Part shown: positions 19,338-28,447 of the stretch, in pieces
Layout: each line of letters starts with the position of its first letter
Position numbering within the stretch: the stretch's first letter is position 1
Assembly (NCBI GenBank): GCA_036676495.1
Contig: JAKFCT010000007.1
Coordinates: 1-49,562, forward strand
DNA length: 49,562 nucleotides
Direction of reading: 5' to 3'
From: Candidatus Sericytochromatia bacterium
GTDB lineage: Bacteria; Cyanobacteriota; Sericytochromatia; S15B-MN24; UBA4093
The notes under the pieces: generated by a model
What the model was told of the DNA's origin: nothing
What the model saw: the letters and a program-made list of their open reading frames with translations, nothing else
Databases searched by the model: none
Made by a program: the position numbers and the translations under genes

Positions 19338-20783
19338 TTAGTGGCCCTCGTGTCCCGAGGTGACGGGTTCACTCGCCTCGACCCCGAAGCCGGCCTGGAT
19401 CTGGGAGTTGGCGTCGATCAGGAAGCCGCCGGAGGTGGCGACCTTCTCGCCCTGCTTCAAGCCGGAGAGCACGGGGAAATGATCCATGGCCTTGCCGCCC
19501 AGCGAGACCTCGCGAGGCTGGAAGGTGCCCGGAGCGGTTTGCACGTAGACGATCTGGCGCTTGCCGGTGTCGAGGACGGCCGATGCGGGCACGGCCAGGA
19601 CCTGGCTGCCGGGCGCCTGAAGCTGGGCGGTGACGAACATGTCGGGCTTCAAGAGGCCGTCCCGGTTGGAGAGCTCCACGCGCACCTTCATGCTGCGGGT
19701 CTCGGGGTTCAGGAAGGGATAGATGAAGCTGACCTTGCCCACGAACGTCTTGCCGGGGTAGGACGGGCTCGTGATGGTGGCCCGATGCCCGACCTTCACG
19801 TCCTTCATCTGCGCCTCGAAGACGTCGGCCTCGGCCCAGACCTGCGAGAGATCCGCGACTTCATAGAGCACGTCCCCGGTCTTCACGTACTGACCCGGCT
19901 GTACCAGCTTCTTCAGCACCACCCCCGAGGAGGGAGCGTTGATGCTGAGTGCCAGGGTCGGCTTCTGCGTCCGCTCCAGCTGTGCGATCTGGGAGTCGGT
20001 GATGCCCCAGAGCTTGAGGCGCTGGCGAGAGGCGTCGAGCAGACTCTTGGATCCCTCGGCGAGGTCCGGGTAGTCGCTGTTGCGCATCTGCTTGTACGAG
20101 CGCTGGGCCACCAGGTACTCCTGCATGGTGGCGACCGCCTCGGGGCTGTAAAGCGTCCCGATGGGCTGCCCCTTGGAGACGCGATCGCCGGTGGCATTCA
20201 CGTGGAGCGTCTCGATGCGGCCGTCGATCCAGGCGGTAATTTGCGAGAGCCGGGTCTCGTCATAGGTGATCTTGGTCGGAGCCGTGATCGCCGCGCTCAG
20301 CATGCGAGGCTGGATCGCTTCGGTCTTCACGTTGGCCAGGACGAGCTGCTCCGGCGAGAGCACGACCTCCTCGAGGCCGGCCGGCATCTCCGTGGTCGCT
20401 CCATGCGCGCCATGCGCCGAGGGCTTCGCCTTGGAGGCCACCAGGTCCATGCCGCAGATCGGGCATTCGCCTGGCTTATCCGATTTGATCTGAGGGTGCA
20501 TCGGGCAGGTGTACTCGGTTTCAGCCGCCTGCACACCTTGAGAGCGCTCGGAAGCCGCTGGCTTGGGGGCCGCCGCCACCAGGTCCATGCCGCAGATCGG
20601 ACATTCGCTCGGCTTGTCCGACTTGATCTGAGGGTGCATGGGGCAGATGTACTCGGCGGCATGCGTATGCTCCGCGTGGGAGTCGCGCGCCTGGACCTGC
20701 GTATAGGTGAAGACGCCGCCGCCGACCAGCAAGAGGGACCCCACGAGGGCGCCGATAATCTGTAACTTCTTGGGGTTTTCCAT
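19338..20783 (-). CDS. cusB: CusB-family RND periplasmic adaptor with two N-terminal HMBD repeats
   Basis: 2x Y.CPMHPQIKSDKP.ECPICGMDLV; LYSPE, ADLSQVW, LKPDMF, FLIDANSQ; alternative start 20792. Confidence 0.92.
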   Translation of the reverse strand: MENPKKLQIIGALVGSLLLVGGGVFTYTQVQARDSHAEHTHAAEYICPMHPQIKSDKPSECPICGMDLVAAAPKPAASERSQGVQAAETEYTCPMHPQIKSDKPGECPICGMDLVASKAKPSAHGAHGATTEMPAGLEEVVLSPEQLVLANVKTEAIQPRMLSAAITAPTKITYDETRLSQITAWIDGRIETLHVNATGDRVSKGQPIGTLYSPEAVATMQEYLVAQRSYKQMRNSDYPDLAEGSKSLLDASRQRLKLWGITDSQIAQLERTQKPTLALSINAPSSGVVLKKLVQPGQYVKTGDVLYEVADLSQVWAEADVFEAQMKDVKVGHRATITSPSYPGKTFVGKVSFIYPFLNPETRSMKVRVELSNRDGLLKPDMFVTAQLQAPGSQVLAVPASAVLDTGKRQIVYVQTAPGTFQPREVSLGGKAMDHFPVLSGLKQGEKVATSGGFLIDANSQIQAGFGVEASEPVTSGHEGH

Positions 20784-20794
20784 GATGATCATCC

Positions 20795-22105
20795 TTACTT
20801 CGCGGACGGGGCGCTGATCGTCGCGCCAACCAGGGCTTCGAGCTTCGCCAGGGTCTGGTGGTAGTCCGCCTTGGCCCGGGCCTCATCCGTTTGCGCCTGG
20901 TAGACGGCAGTCTGGCTCTCCAGAACGGTGTCGAAGTCGACCTTGTTCACCTGATACGCCGCGAGGGCGGCCTTCAATGCCTGGGTCGACTGGGGCAGGA
21001 TCCCTTGCTTGTAAAGCCGTACCTGGCGCTCCTGGCGCGAGAGCTCCGCGAGCACCCGGTGGATTTCGCCCCGCAGGCGGTTGCGCTCCGCCTGATAAGA
21101 GGCGTTCGCCGCATCGAGGCCCGTCGCGGCCTCCCGGATGCGCGCCTCGTACCGGCCCGCCGAAAGCCACGGCAGGTTGAACCCGACCATGCCCCCGATG
21201 TACGTCATGTCCCCCGGCATGCTGCGGCCGGCTTCCACCCCGACCTCGAAGTCGGGCGTCCCCTTCTCCTGCTGCGACAGCCTCAACGCCGCTTCTTGGG
21301 CCTTCACTTGGGCTTGAACGGCCCGAAGGGCGGGACTCTTGGCGTCGGCTTCGGCGAGAAGGGCCTCAGTCTTTGGCATGGGGGGGAGGGCCGGCAGGTC
21401 CTTCGGCACCTGCACCGCCGCCTTCGCCGGCCGGTTCGCCAACGTGTTGATCCACGCCCGCGAGGCGTCCAGCTCGGCGTCGAGTTTCAGGCCCTTCTCC
21501 AGCAACATGGAGAGCTCCCGCTGGGCGCGGATCGGCTCCTGCTGCAGGCCGGAGCCGACGGCGTACTTGGCGTCGGCGATTTTACGAAGGTTGCGGACTT
21601 GCTCCAGGGTCTGCTGGTAGATGGCCTGTGCGCGGTTCAAGTAGACATGCTCGGTGTAGGCCTGGCGGAGGTCGCGGGCGACGGCGAGCCGCTGCTGGGC
21701 GAACTCGGCTTCCGCCACGACGGCGTCGCGATCGGCGGCTTCGGTCATGAGCGCCCGCTTGGAGCCTCCCGGAATCATCTGCGTGATCGCGACGCTCGGT
21801 CCCCCCAGGGTCAGGACGTCCATGAGCGAGGCCTGGACGCGCGGGGCGTCGAGGGCGCCGGCGTAGCCGGCCTTCGCCTTGGCGGCTTCCCAGCGGAGAC
21901 GCGCCGCTTCCAGGTCGGGATTCTGAGCGTCAGCCCGCTCCAGGAGGGCGGAAAGTCCGAGCGGAGCGAGTTCCGCCGCTGGATCCGCCGCCCATGCCGG
22001 GGCCATGGCGCCCAAGGGGCCGGTTCCAACCATGAGCGCCGCCACTCCCACCCCGAGAACCGGGCGGAAGAGACGGCGGAGAGAGCATCGCGAGGGCTTG
22101 GCCAT
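20795..22105 (-). CDS. TolC/CusC-family outer-membrane efflux protein
   Basis: Signal peptide, NPDL, ITQMIP, KYAVG, NLPW, AAYQVNKVDF..VL OEP repeats; first gene of cusCBA; alternative start 22129. Confidence 0.88.
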   Translation of the reverse strand: MAKPSRCSLRRLFRPVLGVGVAALMVGTGPLGAMAPAWAADPAAELAPLGLSALLERADAQNPDLEAARLRWEAAKAKAGYAGALDAPRVQASLMDVLTLGGPSVAITQMIPGGSKRALMTEAADRDAVVAEAEFAQQRLAVARDLRQAYTEHVYLNRAQAIYQQTLEQVRNLRKIADAKYAVGSGLQQEPIRAQRELSMLLEKGLKLDAELDASRAWINTLANRPAKAAVQVPKDLPALPPMPKTEALLAEADAKSPALRAVQAQVKAQEAALRLSQQEKGTPDFEVGVEAGRSMPGDMTYIGGMVGFNLPWLSAGRYEARIREAATGLDAANASYQAERNRLRGEIHRVLAELSRQERQVRLYKQGILPQSTQALKAALAAYQVNKVDFDTVLESQTAVYQAQTDEARAKADYHQTLAKLEALVGATISAPSAK

Positions 22106-22137
22106 GGAGCTTCCTTCTGTGACGACCATGCGGAATC

Positions 22138-22176
22138 TACTAACCTGATTAGTATACTAACCCGCTTAGTATACCA
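22138..22176 (-). promoter_or_regulatory. cus operon promoter overlapped by two tandem palindromic operators
   Basis: TACTAA-N5-TTAGTA at 22138-22154 and 22155-22171; extended -10 TGgTATACT on the minus strand at 22176-22168. Confidence 0.7.
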
Positions 22177-22227
22177 GGAATGCCGAGGGCTGAAACTGCG
22201 GGAAAACCCCGATCTCGGAAAAGGCGG

Positions 22228-22686
22228 CTAATGCGTCCCGGTGAAGGGGCCTTGGTCGGGAAGTTCGGCGTTCCACTCCCCGCTGAGCGCGCCGGCGATA
22301 TGCCGGCACGGCGTGTTCGGGGAGGGAGGGCGGGAATCCACGTCCTGCTTGTAGGCGCGGAGATGGTCCCGGAAGGCGCTCATCTCGGCGATTCGCCGAT
22401 CCAGATCGCCGATCTTGGCTTCCAGGAGGCTCGAGACGTGGCCGCAGGGGGAATCCCCCTGGTTCCAGGCTTCCAGGATGTCCTTGATCTCGTTCAAGGA
22501 CAGGCCCAGCGCCTTGCCGCCCTTGATGAAGCTCAGGCGCTCGAGATCCGCTTCCGAGTAGAGGCGATAGCCCGACTCCGTCCGCTCCGGCTCGGAAAGC
22601 AAGCCCAGCCCCTCGTAGTAGCGGATGGTCTTGGGGTTCATGCCGACCTGCTTCGCGGCCTCACCGATGTAAGCTCCCTTGGGCAT
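22228..22686 (-). CDS. MerR-family heavy-metal-responsive transcriptional regulator
   Basis: IGEAAKQVG..TIRYYE..GLL..R.ESGYRLY HTH, SPCGH at the start of the dimerisation helix, PCRH near the C-terminus; RBS AAGGAG. Confidence 0.92.
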   Translation of the reverse strand: MPKGAYIGEAAKQVGMNPKTIRYYEGLGLLSEPERTESGYRLYSEADLERLSFIKGGKALGLSLNEIKDILEAWNQGDSPCGHVSSLLEAKIGDLDRRIAEMSAFRDHLRAYKQDVDSRPPSPNTPCRHIAGALSGEWNAELPDQGPFTGTH

Positions 22687-22714
22687 GGGCGTTCTCCTTT
22701 CCGTGGCAGCCTCC

Positions 22715-22746
22715 ATGCTAAACCTTACCGCCGGGTGGAAGGTCAA
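22715..22746 (-). promoter_or_regulatory. MerR-type operator/promoter of the merR-family gene
   Basis: Minus strand TTGACC-ttccacccggcggtaaggtt (20 bp)-TAGCAT. Confidence 0.8.
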
Positions 22747-22782
22747 GGGATGCGGAGTTTTTGCGGGAATCGCTTTCGTCGC

Positions 22783-22814
22783 TTGACTTTCCATTGCGCT
22801 GGAAGGTTTAGACT
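22783..22814 (+). promoter_or_regulatory. MerR-type operator/promoter of copA
   Basis: TTGACT-ttccattgcgctggaaggtt (20 bp)-TAGACT; dyad ACTTTCC-N8-GGAAGGT. Confidence 0.85.
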
Positions 22815-22843
22815 ACCATCAGCAGCACGAAAGGAGTGCCCCC

Positions 22844-25372
22844 ATGAGTCAGTCAATTAGGCCGAACGGCCGTTCAGGTGGACTCTCCGGCGCCGAAGGC
22901 GCGATGATTCCCCTCGACACCGTCACCCCTCCGCCAGCCCCCGCCGCCCGCCTCTCGCTGGGCATTTCCGGAATGAGCTGCGCCTCATGCGCGAGCCGGA
23001 TTGAGAAAGCCCTCGACGCGTTGCCGGGAGTCTCGGAGGCCACGGTCAACTTCGCCTCGGAGAGCGCGACGGTGGCCTATGACCCCAGCCGGGTGACGCC
23101 CGAGGCGATCGCCCACGCCGTGGTCGACCAGGGCTACGAGGCGACCCTGCCGCCGGCCCCCACCACCGTGGACCTCGTCCTGGGAGGCATGTCCTGCGCG
23201 GCCTGCGCCAACCGCATCGAAAAAGCCCTCAAGGCCGTGCCGGGGGTCTCGAACGCCGCGGTCAACTTCGCCGCCGAGCGCGCCACGGTCATGCTGCGTC
23301 CCGACGCGCTGCGTCCCGACGCGGCTGGAGTCGAGGCGGCGCTGGTCGCTGCCGTCCAGGAGGCCGGCTACGAGGCCTCACTGGTCTCCGCCGAAGCTCC
23401 CGCCGAGGAAATGGTCACCCTTCAAGAGGAAGCCAAGGACCGCGAGCTCACGACCCTGCGCCGCCGCCTGATCGTGGCGGGCGCCTTCACCCTTCCGGTC
23501 TTCCTGATTTCCATGATTCCGGCCCTGCAGTTCAACGGGATGGGCTGGGTGCTCCTGGCGCTCACCGCCCCGGTTCAGTTCTGGGCGGGTGCCCCCTTCA
23601 TGCGCAATGCATGGAAGGCCCTGAGCCATCGCTCCGCCAACATGGACGTGCTCGTCAGCCTGGGGACCCTGGCCGCCTTCTTCTTCAGCGTGGCGCAGCT
23701 CTTCGACCCCCATGCCCACGGCCATTACTACTTCGAGACCGCGGCCGTCATCATCACCCTGATCCTCCTGGGCAAGTACCTGGAGGCCCGCGCCAAGGGC
23801 AACGCGTCGACCGCGATCAAGAAGCTGATGGGCCTGCGCGCCAAGACCGCCCGCGTGATCCGCGCCGGGGTCGAGGTGGACGTCCCGGTGGAGACGGTCG
23901 CCATCGGCGATCAGGTCCTGGTGCGCCCCGGCGAGAAGGTGCCGGTCGACGGCGTCATCCTCAGCGGCGACTCGTCGCTGGACGAATCCATGCTCACCGG
24001 CGAGAGCCTCCCGGTCTCCAAGGGACCCGGGGACGCCGTCATCGGGGCCACCTTGAACCGGACCGGCTCCTTCGTCATGGAGGCGCGCAAGGTCGGTTCC
24101 GAGACGGCGCTGGCGCAGATCATCCGGCTGGTCCAGGAAGCCCAGGGGGGCAAGGCTCCGATTCAGCGGCTGGCGGATCAGGTTTCGGGGATCTTCGTGC
24201 CCATCGTGGTGGCGATCGCCCTCGTGACCTTCCTCGCGTGGTTCTTCGGAGTCGCTCCCGGGGACTGGGGCGCCGCTCTGACCGCCACCGTCGCGGTGCT
24301 GGTCATCGCCTGCCCCTGCGCGATGGGGCTCGCCACGCCCATGGCCATCATGGTGGGCACCGGCAAGGGGGCCGAGCACGGCATCCTCATCAAGGGCGGG
24401 GAAGTGCTGGAGCGGGCCCGCGAGCTGACCACGGTGATCTTCGACAAGACCGGGACGCTCACCGAGGGCAAGCCCTCGTTGACCGACGTCATCGCGGCCG
24501 GGGGGCAGGACGCTGACCGCCTCTTGCGGCTCGTGGCGAGCGCCGAGCGCCACTCCGAGCATCCGTTGGCGGAGGCCATCGTCGCGGGCTCCAAGGACAA
24601 GGGGCTTGCGCTGGGGGAGGCGACGGGATTCGGGGCGATCGCCGGGGGCGGCATCCGCGCCACGGTGGATGGCCATGACGTGCTCGTCGGGACCCGCCGC
24701 CTGATGGACGCCCAGGGGATTACGGGGGCTGGCGCGCTGGAAGCGGAGGCGCTGCGGCTCGAATCGGAGGGGAAGACCACGATGTTCGTGGCGCTCGACG
24801 GGGTCTTCGCGGGCCTCGTGGCGGTGGCCGATCGGATCAAGCCGCATGCCGCCGAGGCGGTGGCCGCCTTGCAGCGCGAAGGCCTGGAAGTCGTGATGAT
24901 CACGGGGGACAACCCGCGCACGGCGGAAGCCATCGCACGTCAGGCCGGGATCGAGCGGGTCGTGGCCGAGGTCCTTCCGGAGCACAAGGCCGACTGGGTC
25001 AAGCGCTTCCAGGGGGAGGGCAAGAAGGTCGCCATGGTGGGCGACGGGATCAACGACGCGCCGGCCTTGGCGCAGGCCGACGTGGGGATCGCGATCGGCA
25101 CCGGCACCGACGTGGCGATGGAAGCCTCGGATCTGACGCTGGTCTCGGGGGACGTGCGGGGCGTGGAGCGAGCGATCCACCTCTCGCGGGCCACCCTGAA
25201 GACCATCAAGCAGAACCTGTTCTGGGCCTTCTTCTACAACGTGATCGGCATCCCGATCGCGGCGGTGGGCCTCTTGAACCCGATGATCGCCGCCGCGGCC
25301 ATGGCCTTCAGCTCGATCTTCGTGGTCACGAACTCCTTGAGGCTGCGCGCGTTCGGCAAGTTCGTGGCATAG
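22844..25372 (+). CDS. copA: Cu(I)-translocating P1B-1 ATPase with two HMA domains
   Basis: GMSCASC and GMSCAAC, YFETAA, TGES, CPCAMGL, DKTGT, SEHP, GDGIND, FYN, MAFSS. Confidence 0.95.
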   Translation: MSQSIRPNGRSGGLSGAEGAMIPLDTVTPPPAPAARLSLGISGMSCASCASRIEKALDALPGVSEATVNFASESATVAYDPSRVTPEAIAHAVVDQGYEATLPPAPTTVDLVLGGMSCAACANRIEKALKAVPGVSNAAVNFAAERATVMLRPDALRPDAAGVEAALVAAVQEAGYEASLVSAEAPAEEMVTLQEEAKDRELTTLRRRLIVAGAFTLPVFLISMIPALQFNGMGWVLLALTAPVQFWAGAPFMRNAWKALSHRSANMDVLVSLGTLAAFFFSVAQLFDPHAHGHYYFETAAVIITLILLGKYLEARAKGNASTAIKKLMGLRAKTARVIRAGVEVDVPVETVAIGDQVLVRPGEKVPVDGVILSGDSSLDESMLTGESLPVSKGPGDAVIGATLNRTGSFVMEARKVGSETALAQIIRLVQEAQGGKAPIQRLADQVSGIFVPIVVAIALVTFLAWFFGVAPGDWGAALTATVAVLVIACPCAMGLATPMAIMVGTGKGAEHGILIKGGEVLERARELTTVIFDKTGTLTEGKPSLTDVIAAGGQDADRLLRLVASAERHSEHPLAEAIVAGSKDKGLALGEATGFGAIAGGGIRATVDGHDVLVGTRRLMDAQGITGAGALEAEALRLESEGKTTMFVALDGVFAGLVAVADRIKPHAAEAVAALQREGLEVVMITGDNPRTAEAIARQAGIERVVAEVLPEHKADWVKRFQGEGKKVAMVGDGINDAPALAQADVGIAIGTGTDVAMEASDLTLVSGDVRGVERAIHLSRATLKTIKQNLFWAFFYNVIGIPIAAVGLLNPMIAAAAMAFSSIFVVTNSLRLRAFGKFVA

Positions 25373-25399
25373 CCGCGGGCGCTGGTCTAGCTGGCCAGA

Positions 25400-25591
25400 T
25401 TAGGGCGCGTCCTCGTCCTTGGAGCGATCCCAGCGCTCCTGGTGCGATTCGAGCTCATCCGGGGAAAGCGGAGGCGAGGTGGCGGAGAATTCCGGCTCCT
25501 CGCCTTTTTCCTCCATGATCACCCGCGCCAGCATCACGGCGAGGACGAGGCCCGCGATCACCCCGAAGAGCACCGTCCAGAACGTCTCCAT
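25400..25591 (-). CDS. Small single-TM hypothetical protein (63 aa)
   Basis: RBS AGGAAGG, METFW..hydrophobic helix, acidic tail. Confidence 0.55.
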   Translation of the reverse strand: METFWTVLFGVIAGLVLAVMLARVIMEEKGEEPEFSATSPPLSPDELESHQERWDRSKDEDAP

Positions 25592-25609
25592 CGCCTTCCT
25601 CCCGACTCT

Positions 25610-25647
25610 CCCGGGCCGCCCCGGCCGTCCCGGCCGTCCCGGCCGCC
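25610..25647. repeat. 9-bp tandem repeat (CCCGGCCGY) x4
   Basis: cccggccgc cccggccgt cccggccgt cccggccgc in the intergenic region. Confidence 0.8.
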
Positions 25648-25863
25648 CATGCGCGATCCCAGCGTCCCGGCCCCTCCCCACCCATGCTAACGCCGCGGGG
25701 CCCGCCCGGGATCGGCAGGGGAGGCAAGCTTCGGGGCGTTTTTCGTCACGCGGGGACAAGACCGCCGTCCCACGGCGGCAGCGACTCTGGTACGATGGTA
25801 GCGACAGTGGTCCTGGCGCAAGGCACCCACTTGCTCTGCGGCCTTCCACCCACGGAGATCAGC

Positions 25864-26469
25864 ATGACCCCCAACACCGACGCAACCTCCCCCAATCCTC
25901 GCCTCTGGCGCTGGCTGGCCCTCGGCATCGTGGCCCTCGCCCTCGCCGTCGCAGGCCTCACGATTTACGCCAAGCTGCCGAAGCCCCTCGCCGACCTCCC
26001 CATGGTCGATCACCAGGGCAAATCCGTCCGCCTCTCGGATTACCGCGGCAAGTGGCTCATCGTCTACTTCGGCTACACCGGCTGCCCGGATGCCTGCCCC
26101 ACCGGACTCGGCGAAATCGCCAAGGCCCTCGAGGACATGGGCCCCGATCGCTCCGTGATCCAGCCCATCTTCGTCTCGCTCGATCCCAAGAATGACACCC
26201 CCGAGCGACTTGCCAAGTACCTGCCGTACTTCGATTCCGCCTTCATCGGTCTTCGCACCGAGGAGCCCACCCTGGGCCAACTGGCCAAGCAGTTCGGGGT
26301 CACGTACGTCACCGCGGAATCCCCCAAGTACGGCACCCTCATCGATCACTCGCTCTACGCCTACCTGATCGACCCCAAGGGAGTGATGCGCGACTCCTTC
26401 GCCACCACCTTCCCCCCGGATTTCCTGCGCAAGCGCCTCACCCAGCACGGGTGGAAAGGAGCCTCCTAG
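25864..26469 (+). CDS. SCO1/SenC copper chaperone
   Basis: N-terminal TM, YFGYTGCPDACP (CxxxC), DPKNDTPE, IDHS..YLIDP.G. Confidence 0.92.
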   Translation: MTPNTDATSPNPRLWRWLALGIVALALAVAGLTIYAKLPKPLADLPMVDHQGKSVRLSDYRGKWLIVYFGYTGCPDACPTGLGEIAKALEDMGPDRSVIQPIFVSLDPKNDTPERLAKYLPYFDSAFIGLRTEEPTLGQLAKQFGVTYVTAESPKYGTLIDHSLYAYLIDPKGVMRDSFATTFPPDFLRKRLTQHGWKGAS

Positions 26470-26997
26470 ATGAACCGCGGTATCCCCCTCCTGCTGGCGG
26501 GAGGCCTCCTGCTCGGAACGGCTACTGCCCCCAGCGCCTTCGCCATGGGCGAGACGCCCAAGACGCAGAGCGCCAAGATGCAGAGCGCCAAGGCCCAGAC
26601 CCCCAAGACCCAAGACGCCCTCGCGATCGAGGCTCCCTGGGTCCGCGAGGCCCCTCCGGGCGCCCGGGTCGTCGGCGCCTACATGACCCTGGTCAACGGC
26701 TCGGAGCGTGCCGATCGCCTGCTCTCGGCCACCTCGCCGCTGGCCGGGGAGATCGAGATCCACCGGATGACGGTCACGAACGGGATGATGGACATGGAAG
26801 CCATTCCCTTCCTGACGGTCCCAGCCCGCGGACAGGTCAAGCTCCAGCCCGGCGGCAACCACCTGATGATCTACGGCCTGAAGCGCGACCTCAAGGAGGG
26901 CGACCTCTTGCCGCTCGAGCTGAAGTTCGAGCACGCGGGCGTCAGGACGATCGACGCTCCGGTCCGCAAGGTCATCGGGAAGTCCCACCAGCATTGA
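26470..26997 (+). CDS. PCu(A)C copper chaperone
   Basis: Signal peptide, PWVR..GAYM, EIH..(x)..MMDM, LQPGGNHLMI; abuts the SCO stop. Confidence 0.92.
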   Translation: MNRGIPLLLAGGLLLGTATAPSAFAMGETPKTQSAKMQSAKAQTPKTQDALAIEAPWVREAPPGARVVGAYMTLVNGSERADRLLSATSPLAGEIEIHRMTVTNGMMDMEAIPFLTVPARGQVKLQPGGNHLMIYGLKRDLKEGDLLPLELKFEHAGVRTIDAPVRKVIGKSHQH

Positions 26998-28270
26998 TCG
27001 GAAGCAGGTTCATCTCCTCGATCCCGGTCCGGGTGAGGTAGAAGAGTCGCGCACCGTCCGGTGACGGTGTCAGGGATTCGAAGACCTCGTCGCTATGGTG
27101 CCCCGCTTGGAAGCCGGGTGCCGTGACGACGGGGTCTTCGAGGCTTTTTGAGCGGATCTGCGGCCCGTAGCCGTAGATCAGGCGCTTGCCGTCATGGCTG
27201 AACGCGTGGGTGTAGTACGAGTAGAAATGCGCCTTGTGAAGCCCGCCCGCGGCGTCGGGATCGCCCGGGTCGCGCAGCACGTAGATGCCGTCCTTGCCCA
27301 GGGTGAAGCCCCCGCGCTCGAGTTGGCAGGTCATGGGAGCATGGAACATGAGCCCTTCCGGCCGCCATTCGAGTGGGCTGAACATCAAGCCGTAGGTGCC
27401 ATCCCAGATGCCCCGGAGATTCAAGCGATCCAGCAGCTCCATGATCGTCACGGGCGCTCCCCCGGCGAGGCGGAGGCGCATGAGCTGCGGGCTCCGGCTG
27501 CTCGCTTCGTAGCGCACGTAAGCCACTTGCGTCTCATCCGGGGAGAGGACGGGCGAGAAGAGGCCGTCTGCTCCAGAGGGAACGAGCTCCTGCGCTCCCG
27601 CGGCGCTCAGGAGCGTGACGGAGGCCGAAGCGGCCTCGCCGGAGGCGGGCCAGGCCCGCAGCAAGAAGCCGCGACTCCCCCAGTCCACCCAGTCCGCCTG
27701 GAGTCCGCCGGGTAAGCGAACCTCCTCCCGAAGCCCCGTCCCGTCGAGCGCCACGCTCCGGACCGCGCCAGCCTGGATGAAGCCCAGGCGTTTGCCGTCG
27801 GGGGAGAGGGTGAGGTTGGTGAGGAAGGGGGACTGGATGGGGACCATGCCCCCGAACTCGGGGTCTTCGGCTTCCTTGAGGCGGCTCGCGTCGTAGATCT
27901 CGTCGAGGGCGACGAGCTCGCGGTGGTTGCGCAGCGTCAAGGGCTTCAGGCTGGAGCCCGGAGCGACCGTCACCGCTTCCAGCGTGGCGGGGAAGTAGCG
28001 GTCATGCGTGGCGCTCAAGGTGTAGGTGCCGCGGGGGATCTCTTGGAAGGCGAAGTTGCCCTTGGAGTCGGTCCGGGTGACGTGGCGGCCGCCCGGTCCC
28101 GTGAGATGCAGCTCGATGGATGCTTGATCGGTGTAGACGCCCTCGAGGCGGGCCCTTCCGCTGAGTGAGCCCGTCGGGCCCGGCGCGTCGAGCGGGGTCT
28201 GGGAGCAGCCCGCGAGAAGGGCGATCGCCGTCGCCAGGATCCAGGGTCGGGGCATGCGGCCTGCGCGCAA
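26972..28270 (-). CDS. Lipoprotein with carboxypeptidase-regulatory-like domain and TolB/PD40-like beta-propeller
   Basis: Lipobox LAGC; TDSKGNFAF..IPRGTYTL; repeated SPDG/SPDE/SHDG blades; TTG start with GGAGG. Confidence 0.75.
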   Translation of the reverse strand: MRAGRMPRPWILATAIALLAGCSQTPLDAPGPTGSLSGRARLEGVYTDQASIELHLTGPGGRHVTRTDSKGNFAFQEIPRGTYTLSATHDRYFPATLEAVTVAPGSSLKPLTLRNHRELVALDEIYDASRLKEAEDPEFGGMVPIQSPFLTNLTLSPDGKRLGFIQAGAVRSVALDGTGLREEVRLPGGLQADWVDWGSRGFLLRAWPASGEAASASVTLLSAAGAQELVPSGADGLFSPVLSPDETQVAYVRYEASSRSPQLMRLRLAGGAPVTIMELLDRLNLRGIWDGTYGLMFSPLEWRPEGLMFHAPMTCQLERGGFTLGKDGIYVLRDPGDPDAAGGLHKAHFYSYYTHAFSHDGKRLIYGYGPQIRSKSLEDPVVTAPGFQAGHHSDEVFESLTPSPDGARLFYLTRTGIEEMNLLPINAGGTSR

Positions 28271-28447
28271 CGCGAACCTCCGTCGTCCGGGTGGGTCTTA
28301 GGGCGCCCCATCCGGCGCCCTCCCGAGGTCATGCTCTCCCATGCCCCGGCGGCTCCGGGCGAAACGCGTTCCGCCAAAGCTTCATCTTGGGGAAATGCTT
28401 TTCCCACCTCTCGAGGGGTACAGTGCCTCGAGAGGAGGGGGTGCTTG

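Noticed and set aside
25610-25647. Short tandem repeats as a possible CRISPR remnant
   Set aside because: 9-bp units without spacers and no cas genes
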